Positions 1 to 11,738 of a DNA stretch of 64,000 nt are shown in pieces. A model generated the notes under the pieces. It ran no database searches. It saw nothing but the letters and a program-made list of their open reading frames with translations, and was not told the origin of the DNA. The stretch spans positions 4,526,001 through 4,590,000 of the forward strand of contig OZ176051.1 in assembly GCA_964247055.1 (NCBI GenBank), in the 5' to 3' direction. Source of the stretch: Paragordius varius. Lineage: Eukaryota > Animalia > Nematomorpha. Each line of letters starts with the position of its first letter. Position 1 is the first letter of the stretch. The position numbers were made by a program, and so were the translations under genes.

Positions 1-1620
1 AACTATAAAAAACTGAGAGATGACGCGCAGAAAACGGCCCAATTTTAATCTCCCGTAACTAAAAATTTGAGAAAACTCACACCCAACCTGGGAAAATTTA
101 AAAAATACTTATATCCATAGAGTTGAATGTCTGGTAAAGAGGGAAACATCAAATAAAAGTCATCCAAAAAATATCAATTTTAATGGAATTTTATAAAGTG
201 AAAGAGTATATAAAACAGAAAATTTTTGGCATATAAAATTTGGTTTAAGGAAAAAACACCATTAAATAAAAAATTGCATGTAGATTCCAAGAGTTTATGT
301 CGAAAAATTATCAGGGAAGCCAAAAATGAAGAAGCTCTAAAGTATGCGAAAATTTATATAAATAAGAAAACTGTATATAAATGGGCTAAAAACAATAATA
401 ATAACACATCTGCACCAAAATTAATGAGTGGCAATAATAAATAAACCATCTGTTGTTAAAAACAGCTATCTTAACTACTTTTCAGAAATATTAAAATTAA
501 ACAATCCCATAACTATCCCTATCACGTCGACGCCTATTCAAAGCTGCGCTGAAAACTTAACAGATTCAGATATCAATACCGCTTTACTTAAAATAAAAAA
601 TAAAAAACTCCCTGGCCTTCTGAGTTCACGGTTGACATGCTTATTTCAATGTCATTATGGAAGAAATATCGAAAGACATCGCAGACGGCATGCCACACCA
701 AATTCTTTACGCCGATAACCTCGTAATAACATCGACAACCGAAAGCGATTTCATTCGTTTGTAGAATGGCACCCTACAAAGTTACAGACTAAAAGTCAAT
801 TTTTCCAAAACTAAATTAATGTCTGATGATTCCTTCTCTAAAAACCCGTGCAGCATATGTAAAAAAGAGTTTAATCAAACTCCGTACGCTGTAATGCTTG
901 TTCTTTATGGGTACACAAAAAATGTAGTAGTCTCAAAACCCTAAATGATTACGATAAAAATTACATATGCTTGAAATGTAAAATAATAATGTTATCAATA
1001 ATTTAGCAATCAACTCGATTCCCAATCCTTTCCATGTGGAAACAGTGAGCAGTTTTGCTACTTGGGCGATATGATATCAGCCGGTGGAGGAATAGAACAT
1101 GCAATTAAACATCGCATATAATAAATGTGAAAAAAATTCCACTCTTAAAAATAATAATAAATAATAAATTCGTCAAACTACAAATTAAGTGTGCCATTTA
1201 CACAACAGCCATTCGTCTCGTCCTTACATACGGATACGAATCCTGGCCGATGTCAAAAAAAAGAATCCAAACTCATAAACGCTGAATCCAAATTATTGAA
1301 AACAATATTTTTCGCAAACAATCCATCTAAATTCAATCAAAACGAATCCATAAACCCGTACCATATATCCAATCTCAACCCCATCAACAATGTAATCAAA
1401 AATCTCCATTTCATGTTAAAAGACGGCGTGATACCCATAATCTTAAAACAATAAAAAATTACTCGCTTGAACTACCAGCGAAATCCGGTAGACCTCATAC
1501 CACATGGCTCAACACAATACCAAAGGACCTTGAATCGCTTAATTTAAATATAGAATTAACCGAATCAAGAAAAGATGGTAAAAATTCGGTGTAGACAAAT
1601 CCCCATACAAATGATTATCA
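1..1620 (+). mobile_element. Decayed RTE-clade non-LTR retrotransposon (LINE) ORF remnant, antisense within the long Akt intron
   Basis: Broken frames give RT-like 'LFADNLVI...YRLKVNFSKTKLM' (~705-825), a PHD-like Cys/His knot 'CSICKK...CNACSLWVHKKCSSLK...YICLKCK' (~850-980), 'EQFCYLGDMISAGGGIEHAIKHRI' (~1050-1120) and 'AIYTTAIRLVLTYGYESW' (~1195-1250). All are typical of RTE ORFs. Many stops and frameshifts. Confidence 0.85.
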
Positions 1621-2039
1621 TGTAAGTTATAACCTTATAATAATGTATAAAACTTATTATAAGGGTAGATAGTGCTTGATGTAAAAAAATCCAATTTTTA
1701 AAAAATATATTTTATGTTCATATATCTATTAAACCAAAAACCTGAGCAAAAATTTAAAATGCTATAATGTGTACTGTAAAATTATTGAGTAGGAAATGTT
1801 ATTGACACAATTTATTTTTTCATGAAAAAACTTTTGTACTCAAATACGCAAAGAGAGTAATGTACCAAATTTGCAAATAATGACAAAACGTGACTTTAAA
1901 TAAATGCGTTTTAACACAAAAAAGGCAAAGTTAGTGATCCAAAAACTATATCATTTTAGGATTAAAAAAGTATATTTATACAAACAATATTATATATAAA
2001 AAATATACAGTTAAGAGTCTCTTTTTTCCTTTTTTATTT

Positions 2040-2100
2040 AAGGGTAAGGACTTAAATTGTTTCCGCATATAAAGGCTTTAACCCTCACCTGCCCAGGGCT
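2040..2100 (-). mobile_element. 3' tail of a SINE-like repeat (second copy at 52421-52570)
   Basis: The reverse complement shares the exact 21-mer ACAATTTAAGTCCTTACCCTT and a similar upstream CCTGGG..GTTAAAGC block with 52509-52570. Confidence 0.55.
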
Positions 2101-2172
2101 TACAGTGATTTATATAACCTCTGAATAACGCATATTCCAAAAATGGGATATAAAAAATATATAATATTTTAC

Positions 2173-3095
2173 CGTTAAAAATGGATGATTACTTTGTTGC
2201 AAAACTTGATTTTCTGTCAACGTATGTGCTACTTCATCCTTTGATATATGATTAATTAATTAATTAATTTAACATACATATATGCCAAATTTACAAACAA
2301 CATATAAAACGTTTTAAATAGATCTCAGTTTGATTAATTAATTTTATAAAAATGATAATTGTTACTAATACTTAAATCAAAAAAATCTTAAAGCGATATA
2401 AAAAAATATACCTTGGAAATTATTTGTTTTTTATCCAAAATTTTTAGGGCATATAACTTGCCTGTATTTTTTTCTTTGGATAAAATAACTTTTCCAAAAG
2501 TACCTTGTCCAAGAGTTTGCAAAAATTGAAAATCAGATAAATCCTATAATAAAAAATTATAGTATAATTTGAATTATAAATATTTTTAAGTACTCGTTTT
2601 TTCCGAGGTTTAGGTGATGGATTTTTCATAAAAGCTTCGGTTTCCTCTGCACCTAACTTTGATGATACTTTATTTATTGCATTTATCCATGACTGTCTAA
2701 ATGATTATTTGTTATATAAACCTTTCTTCGGGAGTTTGGGCACAAAATGTTCTTTCAATTATGGATGTCATCAACAAACCACGAATGATAAATACATTTT
2801 GTTTGGGTTTATCCGAAGTCATAATTTGACAACCTTTTATAGTAAAAAAATGGTATTACCTTTAACTGTAAAATTATTTAGGGGATCATCCAAACCATGA
2901 GATGGCCTATTCTTAAAACCAATCAAGCTCCCATCATCTAAAAGAAAGAAATAACGAAGACGCCAATTCTTAATGTGCTCGCCTATATAATTAAAATGAT
3001 AGAAAACCTCTTTTCCATAAAAACCCTTCTTTTATAATAGTGTTGTTGTGATAACCATTATTAAAAAGATCCACATTGGAATCGTGATGATCCAT
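2173..3095 (-). CDS. Akt: Akt/PKB serine-threonine kinase, first six coding exons (PH domain + kinase N-lobe); the rest lies beyond the left edge
   Basis: Exons 3095-3008, 2982-2860, 2833-2722, 2696-2594, 2543-2412 and 2238-2173, all GT-AG and phase-compatible. They splice to [14 protein letters not shown]|[35 protein letters not shown]|[32 protein letters not shown]|[12 protein letters not shown]|[39 protein letters not shown]|[22 protein letters not shown], matching AKT1 motif by motif. There is an in-frame TAA upstream of the ATG at 3095. Confidence 0.95.
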
Positions 3096-4351
3096 CAAAA
3101 AAATTGTCAAGCTTAGTTAGATCAGCTTCGCTACTGAGCAAAAGAAATTCATATGTTATTTATTACAAAATTTATTAAACTAAGTTTAAATATATATTTG
3201 TGAATAAATAGATAATCAGTTAAATATTCTAACTAATGTATTTAAGATATAGCCGCTTATAATACAAAATTAACAAAGTCCACAAATATCCTGATGAAAC
3301 AAATATATTTTGGAAAAATGCATCAGCATTATTATGCTTCTTTTGGCTTGATCCCTGGGAGTCATATAAGAAATTATTTACACTTTTTTGGTAAGCGTTC
3401 CATATCAAAAATTGTAATTTTTTTTAGTGATAGCTTAATTCATCATCCAAAAAATATGACCGAAATATATCATAGAGTACATATAAGAAGCCAGAAAATA
3501 ATTTTTTAAAAAAAATATTAGATGTCGCCTCCTCAAATTTTTTGCTCTGCTAAAATGAGATAGTTCTCTTAACTTACACGGGGTTCAAAATACTGCTAAA
3601 ATATATATATTCTAATAGTAATGTATCAAAATCATAATGGTGCTTTTTATTTTGGCCCTACGAGTGATTTGAGTAATTAAAACTTTTGTGCTAAGTGCTC
3701 CATAAAATGGCCAAATCTACCCACATTTTTTAAAAAATATTTTTTGGTCGAAACTAGCTTCATTTCAAAAAAAATCTCTAAAATAATTATAATTTATTTT
3801 TGTCTAAAAAGGACTACACGTAAAATTGCCGGGATTGCAGCTAAATTTTCATAAATACTGAAAACATTTTTTTAAAATGCATATTTTCAAAAATTTAATT
3901 TTTAGAAAAATTATGTTGAAGTTTACTTCATACTTTTTTGAAACAGTTCAGAACACTTTAGAAGATTATAAAAACACTTTTTGTCGATGATGCTAACATT
4001 TCTATCGCTTCAGAATTATTTTAAAATATTCGTTTACCTAAAAACTTTGGTACATTTGTGTAAAGAAAGACTATTTGTTTTTACATAAATTAGACGACCA
4101 TTAAATATTTTAATTAAAATTATGAGGTGAAAATGTTAGCCTGATTAAATTTAAGAAAAGTGTTTTTACAATGTCTTAAAGAGTGTGTATACCGTTTCCA
4201 TCTTGCCTCAAGTAGTTTGGAGTACGCTGGAACAAAATTTGCTAAAAATTTAATAAAAGCATGCATTGATTTATAAATATTTTTAATTAATTTAAAAATT
4301 GTGCATTTATTTGAATTTTATCGTGCACCAGCATTTTTGCGTTTATTTTAA

Positions 4352-4905
4352 CACTTTGATTCAAATTGGGGTATCTAAATACCCCAGACTAAATTTGAGT
4401 TAGGATTTTAAAAAAATTACTGAAGGAAACGGTCCTAATTTACATTTATGCTATCTTAATAAAAATTATAAATATGCCAAAATATCTAAGTAAAATTTTG
4501 TTTTCAAAAAAAATTCATGTCAAACTACTTCGACTTTTTATTTTGCAAAATTTTTGCAAAATATCGTCTTCATTTAATTTTAAGGGTATAATTAAAGCTA
4601 ATTTTCATTCAAATTATATCTAACATTGATAGAAATATGAAAAGCGGTTGTATTTTAATTTCACCATTTCACATATGTCACGTTGACGAAATTTTGACCT
4701 TTCGGTTTTGGCTTAAAATAGATAAAATAAATATTTTTGAATAAATTTTGTTATATATTTTGGTTTATTAATGTTATATAAGTGCAATATTTTGCCATGG
4801 TTTCGATTCCTTACATATCTTTAAAAGTATTTGATTCTAAACAGGCCTGGGGTATCCAACCCCCATTGAATCGAAGGACTAAAATGAGTGTGTTGTATCC
4901 AAGTG
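4352..4905 (+). mobile_element. piggyBac-like non-autonomous MITE (copy A), TTAA TSD
   Basis: TTAA at 4348-4351 and 4906-4909; CACTT..AAGTG termini; aligns over its full length, inverted, with 59852-60392. Confidence 0.8.
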
Positions 4906-6635
4906 TTAATAGGACCAGCCCTATTTTACAAGAGCAAAAAAATTGACACCTTCGGACCCCACATCTATAAATATTTTTTTAAAAAATGATGTTTAGCTTT
5001 TTATATATGTTTATAATATATTTTTGAGATATTTTTTGGAAGGAAGCCTTTAGCTGCCATCAAAAAATATTTTTTAAGCTCCATGATAATCCTGATACAT
5101 TTTCTTATAAGAATATATATATTTCAAGAGGTTATCTTATTTTTCCCTATTTTAGACGGAGTGTAAACTACGCGTAACGAAAATATTAATTCTCAACATA
5201 TAATTTAGAAACACAACACTAAACAAATTATGTTTTTTTAACTGCCATTCTTGTAAATTTAAAATTTATTTTATTTAAGTACATAAATAGTATATCTAAA
5301 AAAATTGGTCTACCATCTAAGAAATTTGTTTATCTATAATTTTTGGCCCCGATTTAACATTCAACTCGAAATTTTCAAAATTAAAAGTTTTATATATAAA
5401 GTCATGTGCTTTATATCATTAGAAATAGCGCAAAAAACTCTTTCTTTCGTTTGATAGTTGTCATTTAAATAAATCAGATGGAAAAATTATTTGGGTTTAT
5501 ATGGTAAAAATTTTTAACCGTTAGGTCAAAATTTTTACAAAAAAACTAATTAATCATATAAATTATATAACATAATTATTAGGTTACATTATTATAAAAT
5601 TTAAAAAAAAGCTTTTGATTTGCTTTTATAATAAAAATTATTATCATCAAATATTTTACCTAGTGGCTAGTAAAATGTACAGTAACTGTAAATTAATTAC
5701 ATTAATCGTTAAAACACTAAAATTAAATTCTGTTTTTAGACTTTCGAATTTTTATAAGCCTCCTGAAGAAATTAAATTCATATTGATGGATGGTATTTTT
5801 TAAGAAACAAAACACTTAAAAATAGCTGTTTTGAATGACATAAAAAGCAATAAAATTCTTGTGTTATCTTTTTGGACACATCTAGACAAAGTTTGAGCTA
5901 TTTTCATCCATTAGTTTAAAAAATATATTAATTTAGAAAAACGCTCTCCCTCGTGCGTTTGTCGCTTCCTATGTCCAATATTAACTATCGATGTAAAACA
6001 TATTAGTATGCATTTTATAGAGCATAACTCCGAATGAGATATTACAAATAGGCATTTGTTGTATATTTTCAAAGAAAAATATTTTACGTAAAATTTTGAT
6101 AAAGTGGGCTCATAATCATAGAAATCAAATTATACAAAATTCTTAGGTGAAATTATAATTTTAATTAAAATTTATAGTTAAAAAATGATCGCAAAAGAAA
6201 ATACATAAAACTTGAGCAGAAGAAATTGTCTAGTGTAATTTATTATTAAGAATTTAAAATCAATGTCCAAGGATGATTTAAATATGTTAAAGAATACATT
6301 TAAATTAAATAATTTTTTAGCTCAGTGAAAGTATTGAATCTTACGAATTTTGGTAGGACAGAAAGAACAATATAAACCTTTTTCACAGCAAAAAAATATT
6401 AATTTTCATTACAAATATTTTAACACGAGTATAAATTATTTTTAAAAGCAATGTTATATTTTCATTTATTCAATAAATAATCATCTAATAAATTATTTCT
6501 AAGATCTGAAAAAGAGTTGTCCTGGATAAAAAAAATAAATAAAGTTTACAACCCCAACATTTTTATTTATCCAATACGTTTAAGAGTAGACCGCGAGACA
6601 TTTCTTTAGCTAATTTAATAAAAATATAAAAATAC

Positions 6636-6851
6636 TCTCTTGTAAATTTAATTCATATGCAGTATTGGCCAAATTTTTCATTGTTTCTGATAATTTATTA
6701 TCGTCCAAATTAATAAGTTCTGCTATAAATTTAAAAATACCATCTATATATTTAAAGTCGTGTAAATCCATATCATCTATTAATGTTTTGGCATCTAATT
6801 TTAGAGGCAGCGTTTTCGGCACTTCGTCAAGTTTTTCATTGGTTTTTAAAT
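6636..6851 (-). CDS. Candidate isolated coding exon, product unknown (helical, acidic)
   Basis: A stop-free 216-nt phase1-phase1 segment between a caag acceptor and a gtattt donor: DLKTNEKLDEVPKTLPLKLDAKTLIDDMDLHDFKYIDGIFKFIAELINLDDNKLSETMKNLANTAYELNLQE. The composition is protein-like; partner exons were not established. Confidence 0.35.
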
Positions 6852-7422
6852 CTTGCATTTATATTTTAAAAAGCTTTACCAAAAATGTAGACATATGACA
6901 GTTTAAAAAATATATTTTATGAAAGTTTTTATTTAGCCTTATAATATTCCCCCTTATCAAAATCAAAAATGGTCTTTTAATTGTAACAATGAAATTTAAA
7001 AAATATATTTGCCTTTTAAGAAAAAAAAGCCTCTATGATAAATCTTTACGGAAATATAATGATCATTATATACAAAGACACAAAATGGAATTTTTTACGA
7101 TTAAATTCAAAATTTTAATACCGCTAATTACAGAGTGCACAAAATCGGGGTTTAAAAACTCTGATCAATTTATATATCTCTTAGGTGAATAGATTTTTAG
7201 ATTGCACTATAAAAAACTGATAAATGATAGATATTGACATCAATAAATTATTTTTTAAAAAATTACTTTGTTTGAAAATTTAATTTTTAATATTGCTCTC
7301 AAGCGTGCTTCGTGCTATTTTTAAGCATATTAGAAAGCTTCAAAAACGCTCAAATATATTAAAAACTGCTATATACAAGGATGCTGAACATTTTTATCAC
7401 CTTAGATGCATATTTTATTTAA

Positions 7423-9850
7423 CACTTCATTACATTTAAACTTTTTTGTCCTACCTTTTAGGGAGTTTTATATTACAATCTCAATTTTGTAATAATCTAG
7501 AGTTTTGAAAGTTATTTTAGTCAAAATTTAATTATCAAACATTGTTTCATGTATTATATGGAGAGCTTATATTTTTACAGATTTGTGACTTCTAGAGTCT
7601 AAGGACAGCTCTAAAACACGCTTAAAACGAACAGCTGATATTAAAATTAAATATATCAAATTTATGCTGGTAAAATGCGGCATGAAGGCTGGATAAAGTT
7701 AATTATTTACATTACCCAATCATTATATATATTTATTTGCCTGTTGCATTAGCGATTAAAAAAATTATAGAAAAAAATGGCGGCTTAAAAGTTAGAGAAT
7801 TTTATACAGTTTTACAATTTTTTAAAAAACATTTTTGTATAATGCGTCTAAAAGGATAAAAGTATTATTTACATTCGGATTAATACATTAAATACTGTTT
7901 AAGATATTCGAATTTCCAATCCTCTGGGATATAAAATACCCCAAAAGGTAATGGATTGTTAATAATTCATGACCTTTCGGTGTGTACTGCAGGTCTATTT
8001 AAAAATTATATATCTTAAAATATATTTTTAGCATTGGGTCGAATTTAAAAATTTGTTTTTTTAGCTTTTGCTTGTGATATAAAAAATCTTGAAAAATATA
8101 GAATTGTAAAAACCTCATCTCAAATATTTGGGCCGATAATCTTCTTCCATTCTTATAAAATCATAAATAGAATAGGCAAAATACATATTATGGTTAAAAA
8201 ATATTAATATTTATCGATTTGATAATCAGCTGGTTTTAATTGTGTTTTTGATCGAGTCAGGAATTCTAGGAGTTGAAATATTGTAAAAATTATAAATTTC
8301 TTTACCAATACATGATAAGAGTGTTTAATCATTATATTTCAAAACAGTAGTTTGCTGACTACTTTAAGCTCTGGGGTAAAAATACCCCAAAATATCATCG
8401 CATACAGAAATTAAAAAGGTCACGAAGTGTTTACATATAACTATTACAACACTAAATATTTGCGACGTAGGCAGATTTATATTTAATATTCAACTTTTTA
8501 TGTAATTTTGTTTAAAAGAACAAGATTCCTTATTTGGCGATCATAATTTTAAAGGACATATAAAGTTATTTTCATAGGCAATACCTTTGTATACTAATCA
8601 ACAACTTCAATACCATCTATAGAGATATTTTTCATTTTATTTAAGACATACAAAATTTTAATTAAAAAAATTGAAATGTAGACAACGTGTTCGCAATGTT
8701 ACAATCTGGGCCTTAAAGTTTTGACTATAACCAAATATAATCATAATTTTTCTTAACTCTTGCTAAAAATTAAAAAAGTAAATATTTAAGTTAACTATTG
8801 ATCTGATAAATCTAAAAATTAAGGCACAGTGGTAGAAGGTTAAGGTCAATAGTAGACATCCAAAAAACTTCAATTTAAAAATTCATCTTATTGTCACTTA
8901 TATTTTATCTGGCGTACATAAGGATATATATAGCTAGTTTAAATATTTGCGGCCGGAACCAGCAATATGCGACAGAGTATTAGACATATTCATTATTGTT
9001 TTAGATGTCAGTCAATATTTGCCAATTGTTGTTAAATATATCAAATCACAGCTCTTTAACTATGTAAATATTAATGTGATAATCACAATGTTGATTTCTG
9101 AAAACTATATAAGTATAGGAGATCTACAATAATTAATATTTCCAAATTATTTTTTCAGCAAATATGCATCGATTTTTTCTTTACATTCTCCTCTCAAATT
9201 ATATGATTGCTAACGCATTTACTTTGAAGAAAGAACCTAAGAAGTACAATGTGTTACGAGATCAGGTATAACTATTTCGGTTATTTATATTAAATATTTT
9301 AAAGAGCAAATTGGTTATTATTTTTTTAAACTTCCACTAAAATGACCACCCCTCCCTTTTCTAAATAGTAATTTTTATTAAACACCCATAAATTAACACT
9401 CCATTACCTTTTGAGATAGTTTTATATTATTAAATTTCAAAATCTTAAAAAGTATTTAAGGTATTAAGAGGAATTTAAAATATTCTTTCTTTAGTCTTCA
9501 AGGCTTAACCTTATTTCTTAAATTTTTTAAAATGGTTATTTTAACCGACAAATAAATGTATAATATGGTTTGAAAATGTTAATAATCAAAAAAGCTTTCA
9601 GCTACATTTTACCAGCACAAACTTGATATATATTGATATTAATATCAGCTGTTCGTTTCAATCGTGTTTTGGAGCTGTTCCAATATTAGACTCTAGAAGG
9701 CACAAACTGTAATATAAGCGTTTTTATCTAATACATGAGTTTGATAATTATATTTAAACTAAAATATCAAAACTGTAGTTTATTTACAAAATTAAGCTCT
9801 GGGATATAAAATTACCAAAGGTAAACTTGGACAAAAAGAGGTACTGTATG
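7423..9850. repeat. Cluster of decayed copies of a TTAA-CACTT MITE family (7423-7690 inverted relative to ~8200-8430 and ~9590-9850)
   Basis: TTAACACTTCATTAC at 7419. Shared blocks ATATCAGCTGTTCGTT, GACTCTAGAAG and CTCTGGGRTAWAAATACCCCAAAA at ~7635/9645, ~7595/9690, 7921, 8370 and 9798; these are related to the 31125-31633 element. Confidence 0.55.
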
Positions 9851-11738
9851 TTAAAAAACTCATTAATATGTAATTTTTATTAAAATAAGGTACCTTAAAT
9901 CGTCAAAAATTGCATAGACCTTGCAAACCAACTTGTTTTTGGATATTTTTCAGCCATCATAATAATTCAAAAAAAATAAAAAATATTATTAGTTTTATCC
10001 TAAAACTATTAGAAATTATAGAAATTTATTATTAATTAAATTTTGAGCCAAGGTTTGATATTTAAAAAGAGTCATAATGGGGATAATGAGCCATGTATTA
10101 CACAATCGGAGCCATTTTTAGATTTAAACAACATAATATTAAATTTTAACATATTTAAATTATTTATGTATTTATATATTTATATGTGCAGGCTATTTTA
10201 GCAAATGCGATTTCCCTCAAAAATGTCTTCAAAAATGGCCAAGAAGATTATATTTTCTCTCCAGCTGGCCTTCTATTGAGCCTAAGTTTTTTACAATTTA
10301 CTTCCTCATGCCCAAACAAAATTAAAGGCCTACTCCCTCCCGAAGGATGTGGAGAACTTTCCAAAGCTTTAAAAAAAGTTCCGAAATCTGGAAAAACTGA
10401 TATAACTCGCCTTGAACTATATAATGTAATGTATATAGATGGTATTAAATACAGACGATATTTTGATTATCGGATCGATGAAAATATCAATATGTTCAGT
10501 GCCTGGATCTCAAGATCTAATCTTTTAGCCAATAGTAATGTAAACGAAATTCTCGGCATTTTTTATCGACAAAAGACTCATGGTTACTTCCATAATAACC
10601 CAGAACTCTTAGACCCGATTAGTTTTAAATCTAGCTCATTTATGATTGGTGGAAGCATGAATTTTAGAAGCTTATGGTCCAAAGAATTCGATACGTAAAT
10701 TTATATTTTTACACCATTTTTTTAAGAATATATATACATATATAATTTTATTTTACATTATCGCGATTTTAGTTTGGGTTTGGACACATTTAACGGCATA
10801 AACGGGCAAATTTCAATCCCAATGATTGTTGCTAAAGATATGAATTTTCAGTATGGCCAATATCCTGAGCTAAAGGCTCAAATTATAGCCATCCCATTTA
10901 AAAAGAAATATAAAATGATATATATTTTACCCAATGACTCTAACGTGACACGTCTCGAACTAAATCTTAAAAGTCAACCTAATGTTTTCCATCAATTTAG
11001 CAAACGAAAATATCCTGTTTATCATGGAACGATTCAAGTACCCTACATGGATATGCAAACAAATTTGAATTTGCTCAACATATTTCCTAAAGAGTTGTCT
11101 TGCCATAAAAAGTATATATAGTACCTTAATTAAATTTTGTCACAATACGAATATATGTTTTTAATTATGTGGGTTCTGTCACAGGTCTTTTAAAAAATTT
11201 TGTAAGACTAAAATGCTATAACATTGTCAGTAACTAGACTTAGCTAAATACTGGATAGCTATACAGCTAAGAGCATAATTGATAAAAAATAAGAAAAAAG
11301 CTAATAATAATACGCTTTGAATAAAAAACTAGCAATGTTTATTTGCACATACTGCACCGACTTTTACATATATATATATATACAATATATAGCAAAATAG
11401 ATTTATTGTTTGGGTTTGATGGGAAGCCGGCATCTGAAGTTTTAAGCCTATCTCACATTTATCATAATACACGGTTTAGCGTTACACCATTGGGGGCTGG
11501 AACAGGCCTAGATATTTTAGAGACATCTTATGTGGACCCATTGGAAACATCATCAACCCCAGCTATTATAATTAATCGCCCGCATTTATTTTTTGTGATT
11601 GAAGAAAAAAAGACCATTTTATTTAAAGGACGGTTTGCTAATCCCCCTCAATACGTGGAAAAAGTTGATCCCAACGATGAAGGAATAATCGATTATTCGT
11701 TGTATGATGATGACGGAGTTTTAACAAAGGAGGCGTAG
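9164..11738 (+). CDS. Secreted serpin-fold protein, 4 exons (9164-9265, 10192-10694, 10773-~11093/11112, 11393-11738)
   Basis: Signal-peptide exon MHRFFLYILLSNYMIANA-FTLKK.. ends in phase 0 and joins AILANAISL..DYIFSPAGL. Serpin motifs: IFSP, NFRSLWSKEFD, IPMI, KAQIIAIPF, MIYILP, INRPHLFFV, ILFKGRFANP. The exon 3 donor is ambiguous. Confidence 0.88.

Noticed and set aside
2709-2900. Numerous 60-90 aa ORFs in the track (e.g. 2709+, 6665+, 17330-, 22177-, 30186-, 34056-, 51965-, 56000-)
   Set aside because: They are antisense or off-frame shadows of real exons, or low-complexity F/I/L/K/N-rich ORFs expected in AT-rich introns.
4340-4351. Identical 12-bp flank CGTTTATTTTAA before both piggyBac-like MITE copies (also 59840-59851)
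   Set aside because: The copies are in opposite orientation and the match is low-complexity; chance or mild target preference is sufficient.
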